From NCBI GenBank assembly GCA_963666215.2, contig CAXWPL010000005.1:448001-512000 (forward strand): DNA of 64,000 nucleotides, read 5' to 3'. A program made the position numbers and the translations under genes. Shown here one piece after another: positions 20,913 through 31,315 of this stretch. Under the pieces are notes generated by a model that worked only from the letters and a program-made list of their open reading frames with translations, ran no database searches and was not told the DNA's origin. The DNA is from Acidobacteriota bacterium. GTDB taxonomy: Bacteria > Acidobacteriota > UBA890 > WLXD01. Numbering within the stretch: the first letter of the stretch is position 1; each line of letters opens with the position of its first letter.

Positions 20913-22715
20913 TTACCTGCGCCGACCTCGGTTCCGGTTGCGTGGTCGCTTGGGCCGCACGGGAAGGTCGTCGGCTCCCGGGTCGTGTTCAACCGGAGCC
21001 CGGCCTCGAGGTGCGGTCAAGCTCTCCTGGTAGGCGTCTTCGAGCAGCATGGCCATCACGGCCACCTCGTCGTCGTTGTCGCCCAAGCTTCGCGCCAACG
21101 GCACGAAGCGCTGCATGCGCTCGGTTTGCAGGCTGCCACGATCGCGTAGACGGGCCTCGAGCAACGACGTCAAGCGTCGCGCAACAGCCTCGTCCGCTTC
21201 TTCCGGCTCTTCCTTGCCGGGTGCCGGCTGCTGGGAGCGCGCTGCGGAACCGGCTGGCCTTGGCCGCGTGTGCAAGCTCTCCTGGTAGGTGTCGTCGAGC
21301 AGCATCGCCATGACGGCTACCTCGTCGTCGTCCTCGGCCAGGCTGCGCGCCAGCGGCACGAAGCGCTGCATGCGCTCGACTTGTGCGGCGCTGCGGTCGC
21401 GCAGGCACGCTTCGAGCAGCGTTGTGGCGCGCTGAGCGACGATGGCCTCTACGTCTTCCTCGGTGGGCGCCGGTCGCTCCTGAAGATCAATCCCGAACGT
21501 CCTGGCGATGCTCTGCAGCTGGATCTTCTCGAGTCCGGAAACCAGCGTCAGAGCTTCGCCGATGGCGCCGGCGCGCGACGTCCGACCAACCCGGTGAATG
21601 TAGTCCTCGGAGTCCTTGGGTGGCTCGTACTGGATGACGTGCGACAGCTCCAGAATATCGATGCCTCGAGCCGCCACGTCGGTGGCCACGAGGAAGCGTA
21701 GTTTCCGGCTACGAACACGATCGAGAACCTTCTCGCGGGCGTTCTGATTGAGCGCCGAGCTCAGCTCGCCAGCGTCGTAGCCGAACCGCTTGAGCACAAC
21801 CGATACGTAGCGAACGTTCACTTTGGTGTTGCAGAAGATGATGGCCGACGACGGGTTTTCCATCTCGATGATGCGCATCAGGATGCGATCTTTTTCCATC
21901 GCCGGCACGTCGTAGAAGCCGTGCACGGTACCGGCAACGTGGACCCGGTCGCGACTGAGGCTCAAGAAGTCGGGCTGAGTGAGAAACTCCATCGCCAGGC
22001 TCTTGACCGTTGCCGGGAACGTCGCCGAGAACATATAGCCGCTCACGGCGCGCTTCGGCATGTACTCCTTGAGCCGCTGCATGTCCGGATAGAAACCCAT
22101 CGACAGCATGCGATCGGCCTCGTCGAGCACGAGAATGCGTAGCCCCTCGAGCGTCAGCGTGCGCTTGAGCAGGTGGTCGAGCACGCGGCCCGGCGTGCCC
22201 ACCACGAGCGGAGCCCCGCGCTCGAAGGCCTCGATCTGTGGGCCGTACGCCACGCCGCCATACACGGCCACCGGCCGCATGCCACCCGGTCCGGCCAGCC
22301 TCTCGGCCTCCTTGAGCACTTGCCGAGCAAGCTCGCGAGTGGGCACCAGGATCAGCGCCTGGCAAGCTTTGTGCTCGGGGTCGAAGCGATCGAGAATCGG
22401 TAGCAGGAACGCTCCGGTCTTGCCGCTGCCGGTGCGCGACTGAACCATCAGATCGCGCTTGGCCAGCATGTAGGGCAAGGCCCGCGACTGCACCGGCATC
22501 AAACTGCTCCAGCCGGCGCGACCGGCGGCTTGCTGCAGCGACTCCGGTAATTGTTCGAAGGAGATCTCTGGAAGAGAGTCTTCCGGCTCAACAACATCCG
22601 AGGCCGCGTCGGCGGCCTTGTCGCTGGTTGCCAGGCCCAAATCGCGGGCTTTCTCGGCTTCGCGTGCTGGCAACTTCGACATCCACTTGCGGCTCGGGCG
22701 CCTTCGTCCTGCCAA
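20913..22715 (-). CDS. DEAD-box RNA helicase (DeaD/CshA-like)
   Basis: Q motif, TGSGKT, PTRELA, TPGRV, DEAD, SAT, ARGID, HRVGRTSR. Start uncertain. Confidence 0.95.
   Translation of the reverse strand: MAGRRRPSRKWMSKLPAREAEKARDLGLATSDKAADAASDVVEPEDSLPEISFEQLPESLQQAAGRAGWSSLMPVQSRALPYMLAKRDLMVQSRTGSGKTGAFLLPILDRFDPEHKACQALILVPTRELARQVLKEAERLAGPGGMRPVAVYGGVAYGPQIEAFERGAPLVVGTPGRVLDHLLKRTLTLEGLRILVLDEADRMLSMGFYPDMQRLKEYMPKRAVSGYMFSATFPATVKSLAMEFLTQPDFLSLSRDRVHVAGTVHGFYDVPAMEKDRILMRIIEMENPSSAIIFCNTKVNVRYVSVVLKRFGYDAGELSSALNQNAREKVLDRVRSRKLRFLVATDVAARGIDILELSHVIQYEPPKDSEDYIHRVGRTSRAGAIGEALTLVSGLEKIQLQSIARTFGIDLQERPAPTEEDVEAIVAQRATTLLEACLRDRSAAQVERMQRFVPLARSLAEDDDEVAVMAMLLDDTYQESLHTRPRPAGSAARSQQPAPGKEEPEEADEAVARRLTSLLEARLRDRGSLQTERMQRFVPLARSLGDNDDEVAVMAMLLEDAYQESLTAPRGRAPVEHDPGADDLPVRPKRPRNRNRGRRR
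21018..21420. repeat. About 150-bp direct repeat (period 255 bp) in the helicase 3' end
   Basis: Two copies of LLEA.LRDR...Q.ERMQRFVPLARSL...DDEVAVMAMLL.D.YQESL. Confidence 0.92.
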
Positions 22716-22814
22716 GCTATGCTCCTATCGCTCTCGAAGATTGCAGCGCGCGCGTACGTGCTCTCTGGCCCGTGCGGCGCAGTCGAAGTTGCAAGTCGAT
22801 CGCGGCGTCTGGGC

Positions 22815-23852
22815 CTATGCCGCTCGCGTTCGCTTGTAGACGCTCAAGTAGCCGAACCCCACCATCTTGCGCCGCTCCTCGTCCCAAAGACGATAGCCCA
22901 GTGCGCGAAGGCTCCTGAACAGAGTGACGGGCGGGATCGCGGCGAGCGTTGGGTTCTCGTCGTGGCACTTTTGCAGATAGTAGTTTGGGATCCGCGGGTT
23001 CAGATGGTGGATGTGGTGGTAGCCAATGTTGCCGCTGAACCACTGCAACACGCGGGGCAATTTGTAGAAAGAGCTGCCGTACAGCGCCGCCGGATAGTAG
23101 TCCCAGTCCGGGTGGCGCTCCCAGTACGTGGTCTCGAACTGGTGCTGCACGTAGAACAACCACACCCCGAACATCCCCGCGAAGAAGGTGATGGACAGTT
23201 GAATCGCCAGATACTGGCGCCAGCCGATGATCAAGCTCAGGAGAACAATCGCCGCAGCCATCGCGATGTTCGTCCACAGCACGCTGGAGCGCGCAACACG
23301 CGGCTCTTTGCTCCAGCTGATGCGCTGCATCACGACGAACAGGTAGAACGGCCCAACAACGAACATCACGAACGGGTGGCGGTAGAAGCGATAGGCCAGC
23401 CGAGTGCGCAGCGGCGCAGCCAAGTACTCCTCGATCGTCAGAGTCCAGATCTCGCCACCGATATCGCGTCGATCGAGGTCTCCTGACGTGGCGTGGTGCA
23501 TGGCGTGATCGCGACGCCAGCGGTAGTAGGGCGTGAACGTGAGCACACCGGTAATCATCCCGACGATGTCGTTGGCTCGCTTCGACTTGAAGAAGGCACC
23601 GTGGCCACAGTCGTGGAAGATGATAAAGATGCGCGTCAGAAAGCCGGCCGCCAACGGGGCCAGCGCCAGGGTGAGCCAGTACGAGACCTCGAGGCTGCGG
23701 AACATCGCGTACCACAGGGCAACGAACGGCACCACCGAGTTCAGTAGCTGCCACGAGCTGCGCAGCGTGTGCGGGTGCCGATAAGGAGCGGTGAGCTCCT
23801 GCCACTGGGGTTCCGATTGAGATTCGGTTTTCGATTCAGTAGACGAAGCCAA
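22815..23852 (-). CDS. Membrane fatty acid desaturase (Des-like)
   Basis: His boxes HDCGH, HAMHH, HHIHH; IPNY. AGGAG RBS with a TTG start. Confidence 0.93.
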   Translation of the reverse strand: MASSTESKTESQSEPQWQELTAPYRHPHTLRSSWQLLNSVVPFVALWYAMFRSLEVSYWLTLALAPLAAGFLTRIFIIFHDCGHGAFFKSKRANDIVGMITGVLTFTPYYRWRRDHAMHHATSGDLDRRDIGGEIWTLTIEEYLAAPLRTRLAYRFYRHPFVMFVVGPFYLFVVMQRISWSKEPRVARSSVLWTNIAMAAAIVLLSLIIGWRQYLAIQLSITFFAGMFGVWLFYVQHQFETTYWERHPDWDYYPAALYGSSFYKLPRVLQWFSGNIGYHHIHHLNPRIPNYYLQKCHDENPTLAAIPPVTLFRSLRALGYRLWDEERRKMVGFGYLSVYKRTRAA

Positions 23853-23974
23853 ACGATTCTCCTACGATCCCGCTGTTAACCGTGCGCCCTCGACGAAGAA
23901 GCACGCTCCCACCCATGTCGGTGTTGTAGCACCACCATCGAACCGGCGTGAGCCTGTCGCGCAAGTTTACGCCC

Positions 23975-26458
23975 TCACGAGTCTGCGAGCACGAAGGCGC
24001 CGCGTCCGTGGGTATAGGCCACCACACCATTATCGCTCGCCTGCAGATCGAACACGGCCACGTTGGGCAGCCCTTCGGGCGGTCCGTGGTGCGCCCAACG
24101 ACTGCTGCCGACGGCGCCCAGCTGTTCCCATACGCCGATATCCGAGCCGACCCAAAGCCGGCCGGTTCCCGGGTGCACGACGAGCGAGTTGAAGGGCAGA
24201 TTCGCGCGCGGACCGATGTCGGTCCATATCGCCCCGGGCCGCGCCCCGTCCGTTGTCATGAAGACATGTCCCGGCTGCCCAGGCGTGCCGCGATTGAAAC
24301 CTGAAAGCGACACGTACAGTCGGCTTTTGTCGGACGGATCGAAAGCCACGTCCGTGACGGTACGACCCGGCACGGTGTTGACACGATCGGCGTCGCGGAA
24401 GCGGCGGCCGCCGTTCGTCGTGATCAGGATGCGGCCTCGTTGCGTACCGTAGGCGTAAGTGCTGCAGTCCGATCCCGACGTAGAAAACGCCACCGCGGTA
24501 ACCGTATCGCCGCTCGCAAGGAGCGGCCCTTGGGGTCGCCACAGCGGACTACGGCCACGGAAGAACGTGTTGGTGCGGTAGAGCTGCCCGGTGCCGGTGA
24601 TGAAAACATCTTCGTCTTGAGGACACTTGGCGAAAACGCCGATGAACGGCGCCGTCGACCGATCGATCCCCCGGGTGGCAAGGATGAAGCTCGAGCCACC
24701 GTTGAGCGTGCGCACAATGCCAAGCCGCTGGAAAGACAGCGCCCAGGCGGTTTCCGGGCTATCGGACGAAAACTCCATGTCGGCTCCGTCGCCACCGAAG
24801 ACCTCCGTCCACTTGTCGTTGCGATTGACGATCGCGTCGCCCTTGCCGTCTCGCAGTTGAGTGCCGTTGTCCTGGCTGCCGGCGAGCATCGTGCTGAGCC
24901 GTTTCGGGTGCATGGCGCCGTGATAGAACTGCGTCAGCACCAGGTTGCGGTTGTGGTTGGTCCAATGCTCGCCGCGGCTGAGGGTGCTGAATACGCCGCC
25001 GTCGTTGCCGACGATGAGCCGGCCGTCGGCCCACGCCATCGAATGCTGGTCGACGTGATCGGGCGTCACCGACGCCCAGCCTGACGGGCCCATTCGCCAC
25101 AGGCTCAGGCCGCCAGCGAACAGCCGGTCAGAGCTCGCCGGGTCGACGATGATCTCGTGGTCATACCAGCATTGCGGCGAGCAATAAGAACCGCGTCCGA
25201 ACACAGAGGGAACACGAATTGTCTCCCACGTCGGGCTCGTCGCGAAGGCGTCGCGTGTTTTCCAGAGGCCAAGCAGCTCACTGTCGCTCGAATCCTCCAC
25301 GCTCACGTAGAGCACTTCCGAATCCGAGGGCGCCAACGCCAGCTCGACGCGACCGATGTTGCCCCCATCCCAGGGGCCCGCGACCCGCGTCCAGCTCACG
25401 CCGGCGTCGACCGAGCGATACAGCCCGTTGGCCTCGTCACCGAAGATCTCGCCGATTCCGGCGACCTGGCGATTGAAGTCGGACGGGTCGACCTCGAGAT
25501 CGGTCGCCTGGCCCGCCAGCATGCGCGTCCAACGGGCGCCGCCGTCGGTGCTGCGATAGATGCCCGTCGGCTTCTGGTAGGAGTTCAGCACGTGGGTGCC
25601 GCGCGCCGTCGCACCGACGATGGTCAAGCTCGTCGCGGGATCCACGGCGAGGTCACTGAAGGCAAAGCCGTCGAGGTCTCGATCGCCGACCAGTTCCCAG
25701 GTTGCCCCGCCGTCGGTCGACTTGAGCACACCGGCGCCACCGTAGGAGACGCCCGAGAAGGTCGCCTCGCCGGTACCCGCGTAGATCGTTGTCGGCTCGG
25801 AGGGCGAAAAAGCGATCGCGCCCATCGACATCGAAGCCTGATCGTCAGTCAACGGCTTCCACGTGCTTCCGTCGTCGAGGGTCTCCCAAATTCCTCCCTG
25901 TGCGGCGCCGATGAGCCAGCGCCGTGAATTCGTGGGGTCGACCGCGATGTCAGCCACGCGTCCGCTGAAGCGCGTGCCAGACGACACGATCGGCGCCGGC
26001 CCGAGGTTGCGCCACTTGGCCAACGCAGAGTTGCCGCGGCCCGCGGCAGTCGCCGCCTCCACCGACGTCGTGTTCGACGCTCCGGGCCGGCCGAGCAAGC
26101 GCGACTCGGCAATCTCTCTGAGCGCCGCCGCTCGAGCTCCTTGGGGGATGTAGCCGAGCGGAAAGGCGCGCTGTGTGTAGCCCCATTCGGCGCGCTGCCA
26201 AGCGTTGCTCGCCGTCACCGCGACCGACGGCGAACGCTGGCCCGGGCCTTGGGTGGCGGCAGCTGTGGACGTCGAGGCGTGTGCGCTGGCGCTGGTGATC
26301 AGACTCGAGATCGCGACGACAACACAACCGGCAACAACGACAAGTGCCGGCGGCGTTGAGTCCACCCGTCTGTCGTGAGCTCGCTCAGAGGACGCGCCGT
26401 GGGCGGGGCCTTCGATCGCCTTCTCGGCCGTCCGGCAGCGGTTCTCCGAAGCTTCCAA
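23975..26458 (-). CDS. BNR/Asp-box (sortilin/VPS10-like) beta-propeller secreted protein
   Basis: W.NLGP, GRV.DIAVDP, many S.DGG.TW repeats, HVDQH, GNDGG, QDNG, YTHGRG. Start uncertain. Confidence 0.85.
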   Translation of the reverse strand: MEASENRCRTAEKAIEGPAHGASSERAHDRRVDSTPPALVVVAGCVVVAISSLITSASAHASTSTAAATQGPGQRSPSVAVTASNAWQRAEWGYTQRAFPLGYIPQGARAAALREIAESRLLGRPGASNTTSVEAATAAGRGNSALAKWRNLGPAPIVSSGTRFSGRVADIAVDPTNSRRWLIGAAQGGIWETLDDGSTWKPLTDDQASMSMGAIAFSPSEPTTIYAGTGEATFSGVSYGGAGVLKSTDGGATWELVGDRDLDGFAFSDLAVDPATSLTIVGATARGTHVLNSYQKPTGIYRSTDGGARWTRMLAGQATDLEVDPSDFNRQVAGIGEIFGDEANGLYRSVDAGVSWTRVAGPWDGGNIGRVELALAPSDSEVLYVSVEDSSDSELLGLWKTRDAFATSPTWETIRVPSVFGRGSYCSPQCWYDHEIIVDPASSDRLFAGGLSLWRMGPSGWASVTPDHVDQHSMAWADGRLIVGNDGGVFSTLSRGEHWTNHNRNLVLTQFYHGAMHPKRLSTMLAGSQDNGTQLRDGKGDAIVNRNDKWTEVFGGDGADMEFSSDSPETAWALSFQRLGIVRTLNGGSSFILATRGIDRSTAPFIGVFAKCPQDEDVFITGTGQLYRTNTFFRGRSPLWRPQGPLLASGDTVTAVAFSTSGSDCSTYAYGTQRGRILITTNGGRRFRDADRVNTVPGRTVTDVAFDPSDKSRLYVSLSGFNRGTPGQPGHVFMTTDGARPGAIWTDIGPRANLPFNSLVVHPGTGRLWVGSDIGVWEQLGAVGSSRWAHHGPPEGLPNVAVFDLQASDNGVVAYTHGRGAFVLADS

Positions 26459-26667
26459 TCGCCCTCCCCGTGACGTCTCGACGCGGGCTCAACGCACGCT
26501 GACGGTCGATGCGTACTTTAGGGGGCGACCGTTGGCGTTGGCAACCGAATGGCTGGCCTCCATGCGCATGCTGGTGTGGACTCGGCACGGACTCGCGGCG
26601 GACGCAGCTCGTCTATGTTACGTTTTAGAATAGTCAGTCACGGCAGTTCACAACCTCCGAGAGCAGA

Positions 26668-27036
26668 ATGCCTCATCGAGCTCCACGCTCTGGTCACCCG
26701 CCGCTCGCACCGCACGTTTTCGAAATCCTGCTGTCGCTGATCAACGGGCCGCGGCACGGCTACGGCATCATCTCCGACGTGCGCGATCGCACCGAGGGCG
26801 ATGTGTTGATCGGCACCTCCAGCCTCTACGCCGCAATCCGCCGACTCCTGCAGCAGAAGATGGTCGAGGATGTTTGCGAGGAGCCGGCGAACGCTTCGAG
26901 CGGGCCTCCGCGCCGTTACTACCAGATTACCGAGAGGGGATCTGAAGCTGTCCGCGCCGAGGCCGACCGCGTGCGACGTGCCGCCACGGCCGCCGAACGC
27001 ATGCTTGCCAACGCCGCCACGCACGGCCGCAAGTAG
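26668..27036 (+). CDS. PadR-family transcriptional regulator
   Basis: ILLSL..GPRHGYGI, SLY..IRRL, RRYYQITERG. Confidence 0.92.
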   Translation: MPHRAPRSGHPPLAPHVFEILLSLINGPRHGYGIISDVRDRTEGDVLIGTSSLYAAIRRLLQQKMVEDVCEEPANASSGPPRRYYQITERGSEAVRAEADRVRRAATAAERMLANAATHGRK

Positions 27037-27039
27037 TCG

Positions 27040-29802
27040 ATGAGCGCACATTCGATTCGCGATCCCGGCCGGGCGGCACGGCTGCTCGACGCCCTGCGAC
27101 GCGCCCTGCTGCCAGCCGACCTCATGGCTGCGCACGGGCGAGACATGCACGAGGCTTTTTGCGATCTGCACGCAGAGGCAGTCGCTTCGGCCCGGCCACT
27201 GGCTCGCTGGAACCTTTTCGAACGAGAGCTGCGCTCGCTGCTGGCAACGGCCGTACGCACGCGCCACACCACTCGCACTCTCAGCCGATCACCAAACTTC
27301 CCCCAGAAGCAGGCTCCCGACATGTTCGACAATCTTCTGCAAGACCTCCGCTACGCACTCCGCAGCCTGCGCAAGAACCCCGTCTTCACGGTTGTCGCCG
27401 TGCTGACCTTGGGCGTCGGCATCGGCGCCAACACCGCGGTCTTTTCCGTGGTCAACGGCGTGCTGCTGCGTCCGCTTCCCTACGAGGAGCCCGACCAACT
27501 GGCCGTTCTGTGGACCAATTTCGGTGAGGATCTGCCGCAGAACTGGGTCTCGGGACCCGAGTACCTCGACCTCCGCGAGCACAACACGGCGTTTGAGGAA
27601 ATAGCCGTTCTGAGCACCGATTCCGGCGCCTTGACCGGTGACGGTGATCCGGAGCAGGTATCGGTCGCTACCGTATCGGGCGGTTTCTTCGAGATGCTGC
27701 GCGTCCGCCCTCAGATGGGACGCTTGCTCGCTCCAACCGACGACATCGACGGCGGCGCGGCGGTCGTCGTTGTCGCCGACGGGTTCTGGCGACGCCGCTT
27801 GGGCAGCGATCCGGACGCCGTTGGTTCGAAGCTGGTGCTCGATGGCGAGCCCTTCACGGTGATCGGTGTGCTCGAGCCTGACTTCGCTATCCACCACCCG
27901 AACATCTCCAATCCCGCCGGTCTCGATATCTGGGCGCCGCTGCAACCCACCTACCACACCAGCTACGCGAGCCTCGGGCGTGGCAGCCACTTCCTTCTCG
28001 GCTTCGGTCGGATGCGCGCGGGTGTGGATGTTGCGCAGGCACAAGCCGATCTCGACGCCGTCGCCACGAAGATGGCCGACCTTTACCCCAACTCGTACGT
28101 CTTCGACGGCTGGGGCCTCACGGCGTATTCTCTTCACGATGATCTCGTCGAGGGCAGCCGTGGCGGCCTCGCCATGCTGCTCGGCGCGGTTGGCTTCGTT
28201 CTGCTGATTGCCTGCGTCAACGTGGCCAACCTGCAACTCACGCGCGCCGTCATACGCGGTCGTGAGATGGCCTTGCGCACCGCCCTCGGCGCCGGCCGCC
28301 GACGGCTCTTGCAGCAGCTGCTCACCGAAAGCCTCGTTCTCGCAGGGCTTGGTGCCGTCGTTGGTATTTGCCTCGCCTTCTGGATGGTGCGCGCGTTGCT
28401 GTTGGTGGCCCCGGCGGGACTGCCACGCGTCGACGCTGCCGGCCTCGACGCCAGTGTTCTTCTCTTCGCCGCCGCGCTCACCTTGGTGACCGCCATCCTG
28501 TTCGGAGCGGCGCCCGGGCTGTTCGCCAGCCGCGCGCGTCTGGCCGACTCGCTGAAAGACGGCAATCGCACGAGCGCAGCCGCCGCCGGAGGGCGCGCCC
28601 GCGGCGCGCTTGTAGTGGCCGAGGTAGCGCTGGCACTCGTGCTGCTTGTAGGAGCTGGACTGATGTTGCGCAGCTTCAGCGAGCTGTTGCGAACCGACCC
28701 CGACTACGACACCGAGTCTCTCTTGACGATGCGAGTGGCCCTGCCTCAGTCGCAGTACGAGGAAGAGTCGGCTGCAGTGTTGTGGGACCAGCTCCTCGAG
28801 CGCATCCGTGCGTTCCCCGAGGTCGTCGAGGCAGGTGCCACCTCTGCGCTACCGCTGTCCGGCTACGGCGGCTCCGGCACCACATTCGCCGAGGAAAGCA
28901 GTGGCGTTGAGCTCAGTCCGAACGCGCCATTCCCGTTCATCGAAGCCGATCGGCGGTGGGTAACCCCTACCTTCTTCGCCGCGAGCGGCATGCGGCTACT
29001 CCGCGGCCGCCTGTTCAGCCAAGCCGACAGCAGCGATGCCGCGCCCGTGGCCGTAGTCGACAACGAGTTCGCGAGGCGATTTTGGGGCGAACAGGACCCC
29101 CTCGGCCAACGAGTCACCATCAAGTTCTCCGCCGACGAGGAGACCGGCAGCATGATCCCGGTCTGGAGTGAGGTCGTCGGGGTCGTTCAACACGCTCGTC
29201 AGCGCGGTATCGATCGCGTGGGACGCGAGCAGCTCTACTTGCCGGCGCTTCAAACACCGCGCTTCGCAATGCACTTGGTGGTGCGTACGAGCGGCGATCC
29301 CGCGGCGGTCACCGCCGCGGTTCGTCGAGAGCTCTCGGCCCTCGACGTGAGCCTGCCGATCTCCGACCTGCAGACGATGCAGGAGCGCGTCGCCCGTTCT
29401 GTGGCCGGACCGCGCTTCCAGTCGATACTGCTCGGAGCGTTCGGGGCCGCCGCACTCCTGCTGGCGGCGATCGGTTTTTACGGCGTCATCGCGTTTTCGG
29501 TTGGCCAGCGAACCAACGAGATCGGTGTTCGCATGGCGCTTGGCGCCGACAGCGGCAGCGTACCCTCGCTCGTGCTGCGCCAGGCGATGTTGCTTGTGGC
29601 GATCGGACTCGGTCTAGGCCTGCTGGCGGCGTTCGGGCTGACGCGACTGCTGACCGACCTGCTGTACTCAGTGAGCCCGAGCGATCCGCTGACCTACGCG
29701 GTTGTCGCAGCACTGCTGAGCGCGGTGGCGTTGTTCGCCTCGTGGGTGCCGGCCGCACGGGCCACCAGAGTCCAGCCCGTAGCCGCGCTGCGCGACGAGT
29801 AA
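27040..29802 (+). CDS. ADOP-family duplicated ABC permease (MacB-like, two FtsX domains)
   Basis: QDLRYALRSLRKNP, LGVGIGANTAVFS, LLIACVNVANL, EIGVRMALGA, P..ALRDE. Confidence 0.93.
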   Translation: MSAHSIRDPGRAARLLDALRRALLPADLMAAHGRDMHEAFCDLHAEAVASARPLARWNLFERELRSLLATAVRTRHTTRTLSRSPNFPQKQAPDMFDNLLQDLRYALRSLRKNPVFTVVAVLTLGVGIGANTAVFSVVNGVLLRPLPYEEPDQLAVLWTNFGEDLPQNWVSGPEYLDLREHNTAFEEIAVLSTDSGALTGDGDPEQVSVATVSGGFFEMLRVRPQMGRLLAPTDDIDGGAAVVVVADGFWRRRLGSDPDAVGSKLVLDGEPFTVIGVLEPDFAIHHPNISNPAGLDIWAPLQPTYHTSYASLGRGSHFLLGFGRMRAGVDVAQAQADLDAVATKMADLYPNSYVFDGWGLTAYSLHDDLVEGSRGGLAMLLGAVGFVLLIACVNVANLQLTRAVIRGREMALRTALGAGRRRLLQQLLTESLVLAGLGAVVGICLAFWMVRALLLVAPAGLPRVDAAGLDASVLLFAAALTLVTAILFGAAPGLFASRARLADSLKDGNRTSAAAAGGRARGALVVAEVALALVLLVGAGLMLRSFSELLRTDPDYDTESLLTMRVALPQSQYEEESAAVLWDQLLERIRAFPEVVEAGATSALPLSGYGGSGTTFAEESSGVELSPNAPFPFIEADRRWVTPTFFAASGMRLLRGRLFSQADSSDAAPVAVVDNEFARRFWGEQDPLGQRVTIKFSADEETGSMIPVWSEVVGVVQHARQRGIDRVGREQLYLPALQTPRFAMHLVVRTSGDPAAVTAAVRRELSALDVSLPISDLQTMQERVARSVAGPRFQSILLGAFGAAALLLAAIGFYGVIAFSVGQRTNEIGVRMALGADSGSVPSLVLRQAMLLVAIGLGLGLLAAFGLTRLLTDLLYSVSPSDPLTYAVVAALLSAVALFASWVPAARATRVQPVAALRDE

Positions 29803-29869
29803 GCCGGCACAGCAATCCCAGCGCGCGCCTGCAGACCCCGGTCGAGCCCGGGCGAGAGGAACTGAGCCC

Positions 29870-30805
29870 CTACGACCCGGCGGGCGTGAGCCGATCGCCT
29901 TCGGCGGCCTCCCCGCCAATGAGCTTGCAGATCGCCGACTGCGAGAGCACCCGGGTCACCTCGAGCGTGCCGACCGTGTCCATGATGCGGTCGAGCACCG
30001 TGCCGTCAGCCGCTTTGATCTCCTCGACGACGCGCTCGATCACGAAGCGCTGGCCCACGGCCACGCCGTAGTTCTCGCCGCGATCGATGTAGATGTTGCT
30101 GTCGTCGCGGTAACCAACGATGGACGCTGGCGGCACCACCGGCTTGAGCGAAGAAAGGTCACCGGCGCCGCTGATGATCTCCTCAACGGCCTCCTCGACT
30201 GCAGGCCTCAGCGCCTCTTGCGCGATGCCGGCGTCGTAGCTCTGCTTGAAGTTGACGTTCTTGTAGCCGGCGCCACCGAACCGCTTCTTGCCCACGCCCT
30301 CCGCGACAACCATGATCTCGCCGGTGACGGTGTTCACCAACCGCACGTCGACCACGCTCTCGGCCTCGGAGTAGGAGGCGCTGAAACGCCCGATGCCGCC
30401 CGACTTGGTGTCGATCGAGAACTTCGTGATCGAGCCGGTGAGAACGAGCTGTGCTCCGAGAAGTTGCCCAACCTGAGCCGCCGTCGACGTGGTCACCCGG
30501 CCGCTGGCTCCCAGATCCTGCTCGAGCAGAATCGCCTCGAGCTCGCGCCGCTCGATGACGGTGAACCGCTGCGAGCGAACGAGCTGAGTGGCGAACTCGT
30601 CGGCAGCCGCCGCACCCAAGTTGTCGCCCCAATATCTCCAGGTGCTGTTGTTCTCGAAGTTGATGACCGCGATGCGAACGCGCTCCTGCGCCGGCGAGCC
30701 CCGCGTTTCGGCCGGCGGCGCGACGGTCAACACCGCAACCAACAGCGTCAATGCGAAAGGAGCGAGATAGCGGATCGACAGCTTCGAGACAGCGTTGCGA
30801 ATCAT
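29870..30805 (-). CDS. CsgG/HfaB family protein
   Basis: RIAVINFEN, RFTVIERREL.AIL.EQ, TAAQVGQLLGAQ, VDVRLVNTVTGEI. Confidence 0.85.
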   Translation of the reverse strand: MIRNAVSKLSIRYLAPFALTLLVAVLTVAPPAETRGSPAQERVRIAVINFENNSTWRYWGDNLGAAAADEFATQLVRSQRFTVIERRELEAILLEQDLGASGRVTTSTAAQVGQLLGAQLVLTGSITKFSIDTKSGGIGRFSASYSEAESVVDVRLVNTVTGEIMVVAEGVGKKRFGGAGYKNVNFKQSYDAGIAQEALRPAVEEAVEEIISGAGDLSSLKPVVPPASIVGYRDDSNIYIDRGENYGVAVGQRFVIERVVEEIKAADGTVLDRIMDTVGTLEVTRVLSQSAICKLIGGEAAEGDRLTPAGS

Positions 30806-31315
30806 GACCCCTCCTGGACCTGGTCCAAAGTACGATGCAGCACTGATCCTACCTGACTCTGAGCGCGTTCTACAGCCTCGCTGTGAGTCATTCGGAAACA
30901 GTGGCGCCCGCCTGGTCGCCGCTGTTGTGGATCGGCGGCGACATCGAGCCGCCCTGCGCAACGAGGTTCTCGCCATGTCCGAGACAGACGAGCTCGTCCG
31001 CGGGATCGATACGGGCAGGCGCCGGTGTACGAAGTGGGTTCACGGAGCGGCGGGTTGCGGGGTCCGGGGGACGCTCGAGACGAGCTCGAGCCGGAGACTA
31101 TCACCGACCCCGCGGACCAGCTCGGTCGCCGTCGGCGGGAACCGGAACTGCAACCGAGAAATCTGCGAAGCGCTCGGCCGTAGGCCCGCACACAACTCGA
31201 GAAACGCTGCGTGGGCGGCGTTCGTTCCGTCATGGCGCTCATGCTCGCATCGTTGCGGCGAGCCGATAGCCCGGCTACGCTTCCGCTCCACCCACTCGAA
31301 ACCCGAGGCAGCCAC

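Noticed and set aside
30810-31310. 500-bp gap between the CsgG-like gene and the peptidase as a small gene or ncRNA
   Set aside because: No convincing RBS-linked ORF, motif or recognisable RNA structure by eye.
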